Shown here one piece after another: positions 34,954-42,589 of a DNA stretch of 44,358 nt. The stretch comes from a virus (lineage: Duplodnaviria; Caudoviricetes). The translations under genes and the position numbers were made by a program. Each line of letters opens with the position of its first letter. Within the stretch, counting starts at the first letter, position 1. The stretch is taken from IMG/VR virus record IMGVR_UViG_3300048857_000049, positions 1-44,358 of that record. One strand, 5' to 3'. The notes under the pieces are model-generated. The model saw only the letters and a program-made list of their open reading frames with translations, was not told the DNA's origin and did not search any database.

Positions 34954-35177
34954 CGGGTCACGCCCAGGGCAGTCGCGATGTCCGAGACGGTTCTGCACAT
35001 TCCGTCGACTGCGCGGCGGTCGCACTCGTCGCACCACGAACCGGAGACGATGTGCAGGGCGAGCACGGCTTCGAGTGCCGCGACGAGCCGGACCTGCGGG
35101 CAGTCCGTGCAGTAGTGCGCGTGCGCGTCGTCGTGCTCAGCCTTGACCGCGGCCAGGTAGTCCATGAGCGCGGTCAT
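34950..35177 (-). CDS. Hypothetical protein (RLVAALEAVLALH..CxxC..C family)
   Basis: Common actinophage module; ATGA overlap. Confidence 0.7.
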   Translation of the reverse strand: MTALMDYLAAVKAEHDDAHAHYCTDCPQVRLVAALEAVLALHIVSGSWCDECDRRAVDGMCRTVSDIATALGVTR

Positions 35178-35581
35178 CGCGGGCCGCCCTTCGTCCAGCC
35201 CTGCTCGACCAAGCGGCGGGCGATGTCCTCGGCTCGCATGCCCATGTCGGAGGAGAGCGCGTCGGTCAGCGCCTCGACCTGCTCCTCGTCGACCGGCGGG
35301 TGCGCGTCCAGGTACTCGACAGCCTCGATCAGAAGCACGGCGTGCGCGCGGGCGTGGGCCAGAAGGTCGGCGGTGAAGTTGGGCTTGGTCGATACGTAGC
35401 CCGTGGCGCTCGCCACGAACCCCTGAGCGTGTTCCTCGCTGATCCACGGCGCCATCGGCTCGCCGCGCTCGATGACGATGGCGTCGGCGGGGACGACCTT
35501 GTGCTTTGCCTCGTCGCGCTGGGCCGCCGCGATCCACTCGAACGACGAAGCGTTGACGACCCGCAGGTAGTCGTCGTTCAT
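35174..35581 (-). CDS. Hypothetical protein
   Basis: DAIVIER and HPPVDEEQVEAL modules; coupled. Confidence 0.7.
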   Translation of the reverse strand: MNDDYLRVVNASSFEWIAAAQRDEAKHKVVPADAIVIERGEPMAPWISEEHAQGFVASATGYVSTKPNFTADLLAHARAHAVLLIEAVEYLDAHPPVDEEQVEALTDALSSDMGMRAEDIARRLVEQGWTKGGPR

Positions 35582-35769
35582 CGCGCACCGATCCCGTCGC
35601 GTCGGTCGAGATCGGACACCCCACCCAACGGGTCGACCTGCACGTACTGCGGGAACGCCAGCACGAACACGACACAGCCGACGATGAGCGCGACGCCAGC
35701 ACCCGTCATTCCCCAGAACGCGGCCGACAGATACAGGGCCGCGAGCCAGGCCACACCCAGGCGCTTCAC
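35578..35769 (-). CDS. Small two-TM membrane protein
   Basis: Hydrophobic 63-aa ORF; coupled at both ends. Confidence 0.65.
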   Translation of the reverse strand: MKRLGVAWLAALYLSAAFWGMTGAGVALIVGCVVFVLAFPQYVQVDPLGGVSDLDRRDGIGAR

Positions 35770-35972
35770 CGGGTCACCTCGACCAGTGCGGCCACCTCGT
35801 CCATCGACAGGTGCACCAACCGGCGCCGACCCTTGCTGTCAACAGGCGTCGCCCACTCGAGCGACTTGCCGCTCAGCCGGTCCATCCGGAACGTGAACTC
35901 GGTGACGTCGACCTCGAACGAAGCACCTCCACGCAGGTGAACCTCCAAGCCGACGATCTCGTCGTTGCTCAT
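35766..35972 (-). CDS. Small beta-rich hypothetical protein
   Basis: GAGGAG RBS before the ATG at 35972. Confidence 0.7.
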   Translation of the reverse strand: MSNDEIVGLEVHLRGGASFEVDVTEFTFRMDRLSGKSLEWATPVDSKGRRRLVHLSMDEVAALVEVTR

Positions 35973-36050
35973 CTCGTACACTCCTCTTGCTTGATCGGTG
36001 GCGTCCTGACCTCTTGCCCGGTGGGACGCCATTGGTCTGTTCGGGGTCGG

Positions 36051-36233
36051 CTACCAGCAGCAGCCGTGACCGCACGACGAGAGGTCGCCGTGACGCATGG
36101 CCGGGTAGGGGACGGCGTCGTCCGCGATCCGGGTCCAGCGCTTCCACTGCCGACGGATCGCCCGAAGCTGCTGTCGGGCCGTGTAGCGCTGCCCGGGGTG
36201 ACGGCGGGAACGGTTGTGGTCCGAGTGCGACAT
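36051..36233 (-). CDS. 60-aa basic protein ending SCGHGCCW
   Basis: GAAAGGA RBS; Arg-rich body. Confidence 0.6.
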   Translation of the reverse strand: MSHSDHNRSRRHPGQRYTARQQLRAIRRQWKRWTRIADDAVPYPAMRHGDLSSCGHGCCW

Positions 36234-36267
36234 GGCGACGTCCTTTCGCGATTGGTCTGCTCGGGGG

Positions 36268-36483
36268 TCAGGCGGTGCGGCGCGAGGGCCGTGTGGTGGG
36301 CAGCGACGCCACCCACTCGTCGAGGTCGACCGCGCGGATCAGCGGCTTGGTGCCGCGGTAGTGCGCGATCAGGTCGCCGGTCTCGACGGCCTCCTTGATC
36401 GAGGTGATCCCGCACCCGGCGGCCTCGGCGGCGCCACGGAGGTCGTAGGAGACCTGCGCGACGACGATCTGCGGCTCGGTCAC
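36268..36483 (-). CDS. xis: Excisionase-like HTH DNA-binding protein
   Basis: SYDLRGAAEAAGC..IKEAVETGDL..GTKPLI..DLDEWVASL MerR/Xis-type HTH. Confidence 0.75.
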   Translation of the reverse strand: MTEPQIVVAQVSYDLRGAAEAAGCGITSIKEAVETGDLIAHYRGTKPLIRAVDLDEWVASLPTTRPSRRTA

Positions 36484-36836
36484 GACGCGCTCCCCTCAAT
36501 GACGTTGCCGGGCTGGACGATGTCGAGCAGCGCCGCCGTGATCGCCTTGACCTCGCGCGGCTTGAAGGCGGACGGCCGACGGACCATCTGCTCAGCCAGC
36601 GCGATCCACGCGGCCGAGACTGGTCGAGCAGCGAGGTGCCGCTGAGCGCACACGAGGTGCCACCAGCCGCCCAGGTAGTACGTGATGTCCTGGCCGGCGT
36701 CGGCCGGCATGTCGCACCCGGGGCAGGCCGTGTGTCGCTTGCCGTAGACGACGCGGTTCGTGGCGGGCTCGAAGCCGACGGCGCGGTCGATCGGCATCCC
36801 GGAGGCGGGGGCGACACGCAGGTGCGGGGTCGTCAC
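36480..36836 (-). CDS. Zinc-binding hypothetical protein
   Basis: CPGC..WWHLVC; coupled at both ends. Confidence 0.65.
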   Translation of the reverse strand: MTTPHLRVAPASGMPIDRAVGFEPATNRVVYGKRHTACPGCDMPADAGQDITYYLGGWWHLVCAQRHLAARPVSAAWIALAEQMVRRPSAFKPREVKAITAALLDIVQPGNVIEGSAS

Positions 36837-37684
36837 TTCGGCTCCGGGAAGTTGTGGCGGGTCCAGCCGCCCTTGGGCGCCTGCAGCTTCTGGACCCGGC
36901 GCCCGGCGCGGTCGAGGTTCCAGGCGAGGAGGATGTAGCGGAGCTGCTCCGACTTGACCTGCGCGGAGTCGCGGCCCGGCATGTCGAGGAGCCGCTTGCG
37001 GAGCACCTTCACGGGGTCGGTGGCGGTCAGGCCCTCGGTGTTGATGAGCCGGCGGACGAAGAAGTCGTGCGCGGCGCCGGCGTCGATGCGGGAGCACAGG
37101 TAGTAGGCGGCGGCCACGATCGACGGGTTGGCGGGCACCTGGCGGCGGGACTGGGTGTACACGTCGCTCGCCTCGATGACGTCTGGGTGCGCCTCGACCC
37201 AGTCCTTGATGGCGGTGTTCGACGGCTTGTAGCCGCCGGTCGAGGAGAGGCCCGCCTCGCGGGACATCAGCACGCGGGCGATGGACGCGACGGCCGTGGA
37301 GTTCTCGACGCCGGCGAACGCGAGGATGTCGCCGGGCTTGCGGGCGGCGCCCTGGTCGACGGTGTAGCGGGTGGAGTCCGGCGCGTCGTAGATGACGACG
37401 AACGGCAGCGTGATGCCGGCCTCGACGACGGCGGTGAGTCGGTGCTGGCCGTCGATCAGGACGTTGGTGTCGGACACGATGATCGGGGCGCCGTTGAACT
37501 CCCACCGGCCGGCGACCATGTCCTGCACGTAGCGGTCGACGACGGCCTTGCGGATGTGCCGGTTGCGCTGGTTGAGCGTGAGCAGCTCGGCTGCGCGGTG
37601 CGGAGTGATGCGCTCCACGACGGGCTCGATCGTTCCGGTGATCTTCGCCCCGTGCGCGATCGGGGCTACCATGAGAGCAGTCAC
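36833..37684 (-). CDS. ParB/Srx-like N-terminal domain protein
   Basis: ITPHRAAELL..NR..YVQDM..W..NG.PI..LIDGQHRL. Confidence 0.8.
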   Translation of the reverse strand: MTALMVAPIAHGAKITGTIEPVVERITPHRAAELLTLNQRNRHIRKAVVDRYVQDMVAGRWEFNGAPIIVSDTNVLIDGQHRLTAVVEAGITLPFVVIYDAPDSTRYTVDQGAARKPGDILAFAGVENSTAVASIARVLMSREAGLSSTGGYKPSNTAIKDWVEAHPDVIEASDVYTQSRRQVPANPSIVAAAYYLCSRIDAGAAHDFFVRRLINTEGLTATDPVKVLRKRLLDMPGRDSAQVKSEQLRYILLAWNLDRAGRRVQKLQAPKGGWTRHNFPEPK

Positions 37685-38550
37685 TTCTGGTCCTCCATGA
37701 GGGATCGGGCGAGGCGGGCGAACGTCTCGCTGATGTGGTTGAGGTCCGCGGCCAGTCGGTCGCGGGCCTCTTCCGTTTCCGCGGCCGGGCTCAGGTCGAG
37801 CTCGGCCAGGAATGCCGTGAGGTCGAGCGCTGCGGCTCGGACTCGGGGGAGCACCACCTCGCTGATCGAGGTGCGGTTCGCGGTGAAGCGGTCGTCGCCG
37901 ACAGCCCCGCGAAGTTCGATCGCGGCGTTCCAGATCCGCTCTGCCTGGGGGCGGATCGCGTCGATCAGGGCCGCGCGACGCGGCTTCGCCTCGGGACGCG
38001 CGTACGTCTTCCCGTCCATGCCGATGACCGCAGGACGAGGCGCCTCCGCTGACGGCGCCGTCGCGACTCGCGAGGGGACAGTCACCTCGTCCTGCGGGTC
38101 GGACCCGACAACACTGGCCGGGTCATCCGTGACGGCTCCATCGGCGGTCGACTCCGTCGCCCTGGGCTCCGGCACCACCGTCACGGACATCTGAGGAGCA
38201 GGTGTCTCATCTGAGACACCTGCGATGGCACGGGCAACCGTGTCCTTGCTGACCCCCACAATCGGGGCGATGGCGCGCGTGCTCATCCCCTCGCCGGCGA
38301 GCCACGCCACGACATCGCGCCGCTGGTCCCGGGCGAGCACCAGCGGCTCGTCACCCATCACGTCCGCGAGGTAGGCCGTCCAGGACTTGTAGCCGAGCGC
38401 GACGTGCGCCTGGCCCTCCTGCGCCTGGGCCACGAGCGACTGCAGCTTCTCGACGCCGTCACGAACCGACATGGCGGTGTACCGGATGCGCTCGGTCAGG
38501 CGCCGAGCGTCGGACTCCGACAGAACGCCCGCGGAGAGGTCGACGGTCAT
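37681..38550 (-). CDS. HTH DNA-binding protein
   Basis: ARRLTERIR..ALGYKSWTAY and GMSTRAIAPIVGVSKDTVAR HTH; GMDGKTY motif. Confidence 0.8.
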   Translation of the reverse strand: MTVDLSAGVLSESDARRLTERIRYTAMSVRDGVEKLQSLVAQAQEGQAHVALGYKSWTAYLADVMGDEPLVLARDQRRDVVAWLAGEGMSTRAIAPIVGVSKDTVARAIAGVSDETPAPQMSVTVVPEPRATESTADGAVTDDPASVVGSDPQDEVTVPSRVATAPSAEAPRPAVIGMDGKTYARPEAKPRRAALIDAIRPQAERIWNAAIELRGAVGDDRFTANRTSISEVVLPRVRAAALDLTAFLAELDLSPAAETEEARDRLAADLNHISETFARLARSLMEDQK

Positions 38551-38810
38551 CAGACCGCCTCGTCCATGTCGATGGAGTCGCCGTAGGGGTTCGCGGAGAT
38601 GGAGCGACGGTCCTTGATGTCGAGCGCCGCGATGAGTGCGTTGAAGACCTGGGGGCTGACCCGCCGAGAGTGGCCGAGCTCGATCTTGGCGATGTACGGC
38701 CGCTTGACCCCGACCGCAATGGCGAGGTCAGCGACGCCCATGCCCGACCGGACTCGGATCTCACGGAGCGCCGGCCCGTGGATCTCGATGGTGGTGGGTG
38801 TCGTCGTCAT
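38550..38810 (-). CDS. cro: Cro-like XRE HTH regulator
   Basis: GPALREIRVRSGM..DLA..YIAKIELG; divergent from the repressor. Confidence 0.85.
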   Translation of the reverse strand: MTTTPTTIEIHGPALREIRVRSGMGVADLAIAVGVKRPYIAKIELGHSRRVSPQVFNALIAALDIKDRRSISANPYGDSIDMDEAV

Positions 38811-38982
38811 GGGAATAGGTAACCACACCTAGGAACACCTGGCAAGAGGTGAGAAGCCAGGAACGATGTGCGCGCTCACCTGCGAAAACACACGGCTGCA
38901 GTACCCGCAGGTCAGCGGTGTATCCGCAGGTGTTCCTGGGTGGTGGTAGATGTTCCTGGGTGTGTCTGGAAGAGTGCTCGTC
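38811..38982. promoter_or_regulatory. Lysis/lysogeny switch region with repeated operators
   Basis: CACCTAGGAACACCTG (38826-38841) and inverted copies CAGGTGTTCCTGGGTG (38927-38942) and AGATGTTCCTGGGTG (38948-38962); leftward -35 TTGCCA at 38845-38840. Confidence 0.8.
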
Positions 38983-39495
38983 ATGCCCGAGATGGACGAC
39001 GAACAGCGCATCCGACTGGGCCGATCGGTGCGTCAGGCGCGCATGGAGCGGTTCACCACGAAGATCGCCGCCTACCAGGCGGCCGGCATCAACTCGGCCA
39101 CGTGGGATCGGATCGAGGCTGGCGAGTCAGTCCGAGATCACTCCCTGATTCCCGTGATCAAGCTCTTGTGGCCGCCAACCGGCGGGGACTGGCAGAAGGT
39201 CCCCGGAGTCAAGTACGACACCTTCGACTACTCCGTCTTCGGTGACGGCCTTGGAGAGGACTATCCGCGCCTGATGGAGCGGTGGGTCATGGAACTTCAG
39301 GAGCGGATCGAACTGCTTGAGCAACACGTCTACGACAAGAAGAAGGATGGCCCTGATGCCCAGCCCGATCCCGCCCCCAGTACGCGCGCCGGGGGGAGCC
39401 CGGCGCCTGACATGTCAGTGGGCGACTACACACTGGCGGCCTCCGATGACGAAGACGCGGCTCGAGAGTTCGAGTCGCACGAGGACCAGCCGTAG
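38983..39495 (+). CDS. Immunity repressor (XRE HTH, ImmR-like)
   Basis: RLGRSVRQARM..AAGINSATWDRIEAG HTH; acidic tail with YTLAAS; followed by an ImmA-like peptidase. Confidence 0.8.
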   Translation: MPEMDDEQRIRLGRSVRQARMERFTTKIAAYQAAGINSATWDRIEAGESVRDHSLIPVIKLLWPPTGGDWQKVPGVKYDTFDYSVFGDGLGEDYPRLMERWVMELQERIELLEQHVYDKKKDGPDAQPDPAPSTRAGGSPAPDMSVGDYTLAASDDEDAAREFESHEDQP

Positions 39496-39503
39496 GGGGC
39501 GAC

Positions 39504-39914
39504 GTGGAGGACCTGCTGCAGCACGCGGCCGACCTTGGGCTGCGCGTGCAGTTCCGGGATATGGGCCGGGCGAGGAACGGCGAGATCCACAGCAGCGGCT
39601 TGGTGATGATCAACGATCGCCGGCCGATGGCGCTGCAGCGGGTCACCCTCGCGCACGAGTGCGGGCACCACTTCTACGGCCACGACTGGACCGCTGCCCA
39701 CGACAAGGAGCGGGATGAGCGTGAGGCCGACACCTACGCCGCCCGGCTGCTGATCACTCCGGAGGCGTTCGCTGACGCGGAGGCGATCGTCGGGTGCCGC
39801 GACGCGGCGCTCGCGCGGGAGCTCAACGTGCAGCCGAAGCACATCGCTCTGTGGCGGGCGTCCTACCTGCGGCGCGTCGGGGTCGTGCGGTACCTGCGGG
39901 CGGTGGGGGAGTGA
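39504..39914 (+). CDS. ImmA/IrrE family metallopeptidase (anti-repressor)
   Basis: QRVTLAHECGH (HExxH) and EREADTYAARLLI. Confidence 0.92.
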   Translation: MEDLLQHAADLGLRVQFRDMGRARNGEIHSSGLVMINDRRPMALQRVTLAHECGHHFYGHDWTAAHDKERDEREADTYAARLLITPEAFADAEAIVGCRDAALARELNVQPKHIALWRASYLRRVGVVRYLRAVGE

Positions 39915-40159
39915 GCGAGCAGGACGTCGCAGCTATCGCGCTCGAGGCTCGGTTCTGGAAGCACGCCGGCGCCAAGGAGGACGCGATCCGCACCGAGCTC
40001 GGGACGACCCCGACGCGGCACTTCCAGCGGATCGCCCGGCTGCTCGACATGCCCGAGGCGCTGGCGCACGACCCGGTGACGGTCGGGCGCCTCCGGCGGG
40101 TCCGCGATCGGGGCCGCCAGAGGCGCTTGGCTACACCCTCGGCTACACCACTGGTGTAG
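39911..40159 (+). CDS. DUF3263 domain protein (homologue of mycobacterial NapA/Rv0430)
   Basis: LEARFWKHAGAKEDAIRTELGTTPTRHFQ..LLDMPEALAHDPVTVGRLRRVR matches the DUF3263 consensus as recalled; GTGA-coupled to immA. Confidence 0.88.
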   Translation: MSEQDVAAIALEARFWKHAGAKEDAIRTELGTTPTRHFQRIARLLDMPEALAHDPVTVGRLRRVRDRGRQRRLATPSATPLV

Positions 40160-40162
40160 CCG
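40129..40162. repeat. Three GGCTACACC copies, candidate integrase arm-type sites
   Basis: Direct copies at 40129 and 40141, inverted copy at 40153-40161; about 30 bp from the tRNA 3' end. Confidence 0.7.
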
Positions 40163-40190
40163 CCGAGGTGTCGACGCTGGTCAGTAGGGG

Positions 40191-40263
40191 TGGGCCCCGT
40201 GGGGATCGAACCCACAACCCGCGGATTAAAAGTCCGCTGCTCTGCCAGTTGAGCTAGAGGCCC
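40191..40263 (-). tRNA. tRNA-Lys (anticodon TTT), probable attB locus
   Basis: GGGCCTCTAGCTCAACTGGCAGAGCAGCGGACTTTTAATCCGCGGGTTGTGGGTTCGATCCCCACGGGGCCCA folds as a cloverleaf; CCA not encoded. Confidence 0.97.
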
Positions 40264-40382
40264 AGGAGGCTCCGGGGTCTGCGACTGCTCCCTCGGAACG
40301 GCTCCAGCGTCGCCCGGGCGGCATGGCGCGGTCGACGAGGACGACGGTACCGCCTCCGTCGCGCCGCGATCGCGCCCGAGCA

Positions 40383-40411
40383 GTGCAGGGCGGTGCAGGG
40401 CCGTGCAGGGC
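40383..40411 (+). repeat. Three tandem GTGCAGGGC copies with 10-bp period
   Basis: Directly visible upstream of the host lipoprotein start. Confidence 0.8.
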
Positions 40412-40424
40412 GGAGGATGGAGCC

Positions 40425-40880
40425 ATGAGACCCCTGGCGGCCACCGCCGTGCTCGCGTCCGCCCTGCTGCTGGCGGGCTGCACCGACGACCGCACGGACC
40501 CGCCTGCGTCAGAGCCGTCGACGAGCTCCCCCGCCGCTCCGGCCGGACCCGCGGCCACGCCCGGCCCGCAGCCGAGCCCCGGGTCCGGCCCCGCGCTCGA
40601 CGCCGCGGTGGCGGCGGCCTACGTCGCGGCGGTCGGGGAGGACCTCGGCCAGGACTCCTCGGACATCGCCGACCAGCTGCTGCACCAGGGCGTGTTCATC
40701 TGCGCGACGCTGAGCGTGGCCGAGGCCTCGCCGGAGGAGGCCGCCGCGGTCTACGAGCAGTACCTCGACCAGGGCCCGGCCCTCGCCGGGGCGCTCTGGG
40801 ACAACGCCGTCCTGCACCTGTGCCCCGAGCTGGTCGACGGGTACGAGCTCGTCCTCGACCGTGCGCAGGCCGCCGGCTGA
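40425..40880 (+). CDS. Host lipoprotein (possibly DUF732-like)
   Basis: Signal peptide with LAGC lipobox; Pro/Ser linker; GVFICATL..AVLHLCP Cys pair. Confidence 0.8.
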   Translation: MRPLAATAVLASALLLAGCTDDRTDPPASEPSTSSPAAPAGPAATPGPQPSPGSGPALDAAVAAAYVAAVGEDLGQDSSDIADQLLHQGVFICATLSVAEASPEEAAAVYEQYLDQGPALAGALWDNAVLHLCPELVDGYELVLDRAQAAG

Positions 40881-41011
40881 CGCATCCCTCGTCCGCCCCG
40901 CGGGCGACCCCTGCCGGCGCCCCTGCGACGACGTCGCGGCGGACGGAGCGTCGGGCGCTCCGACCGGGTCGTCCCGGCCGGGTCGCCGTCCGCGTCCGGC
41001 ACCATGTCCTC

Positions 41012-42067
41012 GTGACCCTGTCGGATCCCGGCCCGTACGCCCCGCCGCGTGCGCCGTCCGCGCCGCGTGGCCGGGTCCCGGCCGGCCGCGTCGCCCTCGT
41101 CGTCGGTGCCGCCGTCGCGCTCGCGGTGCTCGCCGCCGCGGTGGTGTGGCTGGTCGTCCGGGTCGGCGCGCCGGTGCTCGACGGAGTGTTCGGGACGTGC
41201 CGGCACACCCCCGCGGTGGCCGCGGCGGTGGAGCGGGATCTCGAGGAGCGCGGCTACGAGGTGCCGCTGCTGACCTACGACTGCATCCGGGACCCGGCCG
41301 CGCAGGTGGTCGGCGACGAGGTGCTCGTGGGAGTCGTCCCGCCGGGCCGATTCGCCTCGGCGGACGCCGTCGCCGTCGCGGTGCGTGACGACCTGGTCGG
41401 TGCCGGCTGGGTGCACGCGGCCGACGACGAGGAGCAGCGGCTCGTGGTCTCCCGGGACGGCTACGACCTGACGGTCGACGTGCACTCCTCCGACCCGGCG
41501 CTGGCGCTGCTGACCGCCCGGCGGGGCTCGGTGGACGCGGCGACCCCCTGGGACACCCGGGAGGGGTCGGCCGACGAGCGCGGGCTGACCCAGGACGAGG
41601 TGCGCCGCTACGCGCTGATCCCGGACCGTACGCCGACGTGGGCACCGGAGCGGTTCGGCACCTGGTCGACGCGGTACGACTTCGAGCGCACCGAGTTCCG
41701 GGGCTCCACGGGCGAGGACGGGGACGGGCGGTTCCTGCGCGTGCGGGTCCTGCCGGCGCCCGACGGCGCCGACGTGTGCGCGGCCGCGGTGGGGGCGTGC
41801 GCCGTCGTCGGGACCGCGTCGAACGGTCTGGTCGTCCAGCAGATCCTGGAGCCGGCGGACCGCGGCGAGCGGCCGAAGGTGTCCTCCTACGGGGTCGGCA
41901 GCTACGTCGCGCAGGCGGACGGCGTGCTGGTGGTCCTCGGAGCGGGGCGGACGCGAGAGCCCGGCGACTACGCTCCCCAGCCGCGACCGGACGAGGTCGT
42001 CGACGCCGCGGAGGTGCTGCGCGTGCTCGGATCCGTGGACGCCGGGTCGGTGGCCGCGGCGCGCTGA
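41012..42067 (+). CDS. Host membrane-anchored hypothetical protein
   Basis: N-terminal TM helix and extracellular domain with Cys pairs; very high GC3; CACCAT -10-like hexamer 6 nt upstream. Confidence 0.7.
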   Translation: MTLSDPGPYAPPRAPSAPRGRVPAGRVALVVGAAVALAVLAAAVVWLVVRVGAPVLDGVFGTCRHTPAVAAAVERDLEERGYEVPLLTYDCIRDPAAQVVGDEVLVGVVPPGRFASADAVAVAVRDDLVGAGWVHAADDEEQRLVVSRDGYDLTVDVHSSDPALALLTARRGSVDAATPWDTREGSADERGLTQDEVRRYALIPDRTPTWAPERFGTWSTRYDFERTEFRGSTGEDGDGRFLRVRVLPAPDGADVCAAAVGACAVVGTASNGLVVQQILEPADRGERPKVSSYGVGSYVAQADGVLVVLGAGRTREPGDYAPQPRPDEVVDAAEVLRVLGSVDAGSVAAAR

Positions 42068-42112
42068 GCGTCCGGGGCGCCGGACCGGACGGCGCCCGCC
42101 ACCTGGCCGGTC

Positions 42113-42589
42113 TCAGCCCAGGTCGACGTCCTCCCGGGCCGCCTCGCGCGGCACCCCGTCGGCGACCTCGAGGTACGGTCCGCGCACGGTCAGCCGCAGC
42201 TCCGGCCCGCCGGGGTCGGTGGACCCGATGCCGAGGTCGTCGCGCTCGCCGGAGATGCCGCCGGGCGTGGTGTCCGCCACGTCGGTCCAGCCGGCGTCCT
42301 CCAGGGCCGCCACGACCGTCTCCGCGTCCGCGTCGCTGCCGGTGACCACCACGGTCACGTCGTAGCGCCGGCGGTCGACGATGCCGTCCCCGCCGCTGCG
42401 GTACTCGCCCCACGCGTCCTGGATCTCGCCGCCGAGGGCGTCGACGATGCCGGGGACGTCCGCGCGCGCGGCGTCGAGCACGTCGGCCCGGCTCGCCGCC
42501 AGGTCGTCGGCGGACGCACCGCCCCCGCCGCAGGCGGACAGCGCGAGGGCGGCGGGGAGCAGCAGCGCCAGCCCGGCGCGGCGGCTCAC
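42113..42589 (-). CDS. Lipoprotein, candidate immunity protein of the adjacent hydrolase
   Basis: LSAC lipobox; GTGA overlap with the hydrolase stop. Confidence 0.75.
   Translation of the reverse strand: MSRRAGLALLLPAALALSACGGGGASADDLAASRADVLDAARADVPGIVDALGGEIQDAWGEYRSGGDGIVDRRRYDVTVVVTGSDADAETVVAALEDAGWTDVADTTPGGISGERDDLGIGSTDPGGPELRLTVRGPYLEVADGVPREAAREDVDLG

Larger units (their letters stand above)
1..40190. mobile_element. Integrated temperate siphovirus-like prophage; left boundary lies outside the window
   Basis: Full module set in canonical order (integrase, lysis, tail, head, terminase, replication, recombination, cro/repressor) with dense GTGA/ATGA/TGATG gene overlaps, ending about 30 bp from the 3' end of a tRNA gene. 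Confidence 0.95.

Noticed and set aside
38983-39495. Integration-dependent immunity (attP inside the repressor gene)
   Set aside because: The repressor is intact and about 700 bp from the tRNA junction, and the integrase C-terminus has no obvious ssrA-like tag
40885-40985. Short GC-rich inverted repeats between host genes
   Set aside because: Stems are short in near-pure GC sequence with no U-tract; not distinguishable from chance
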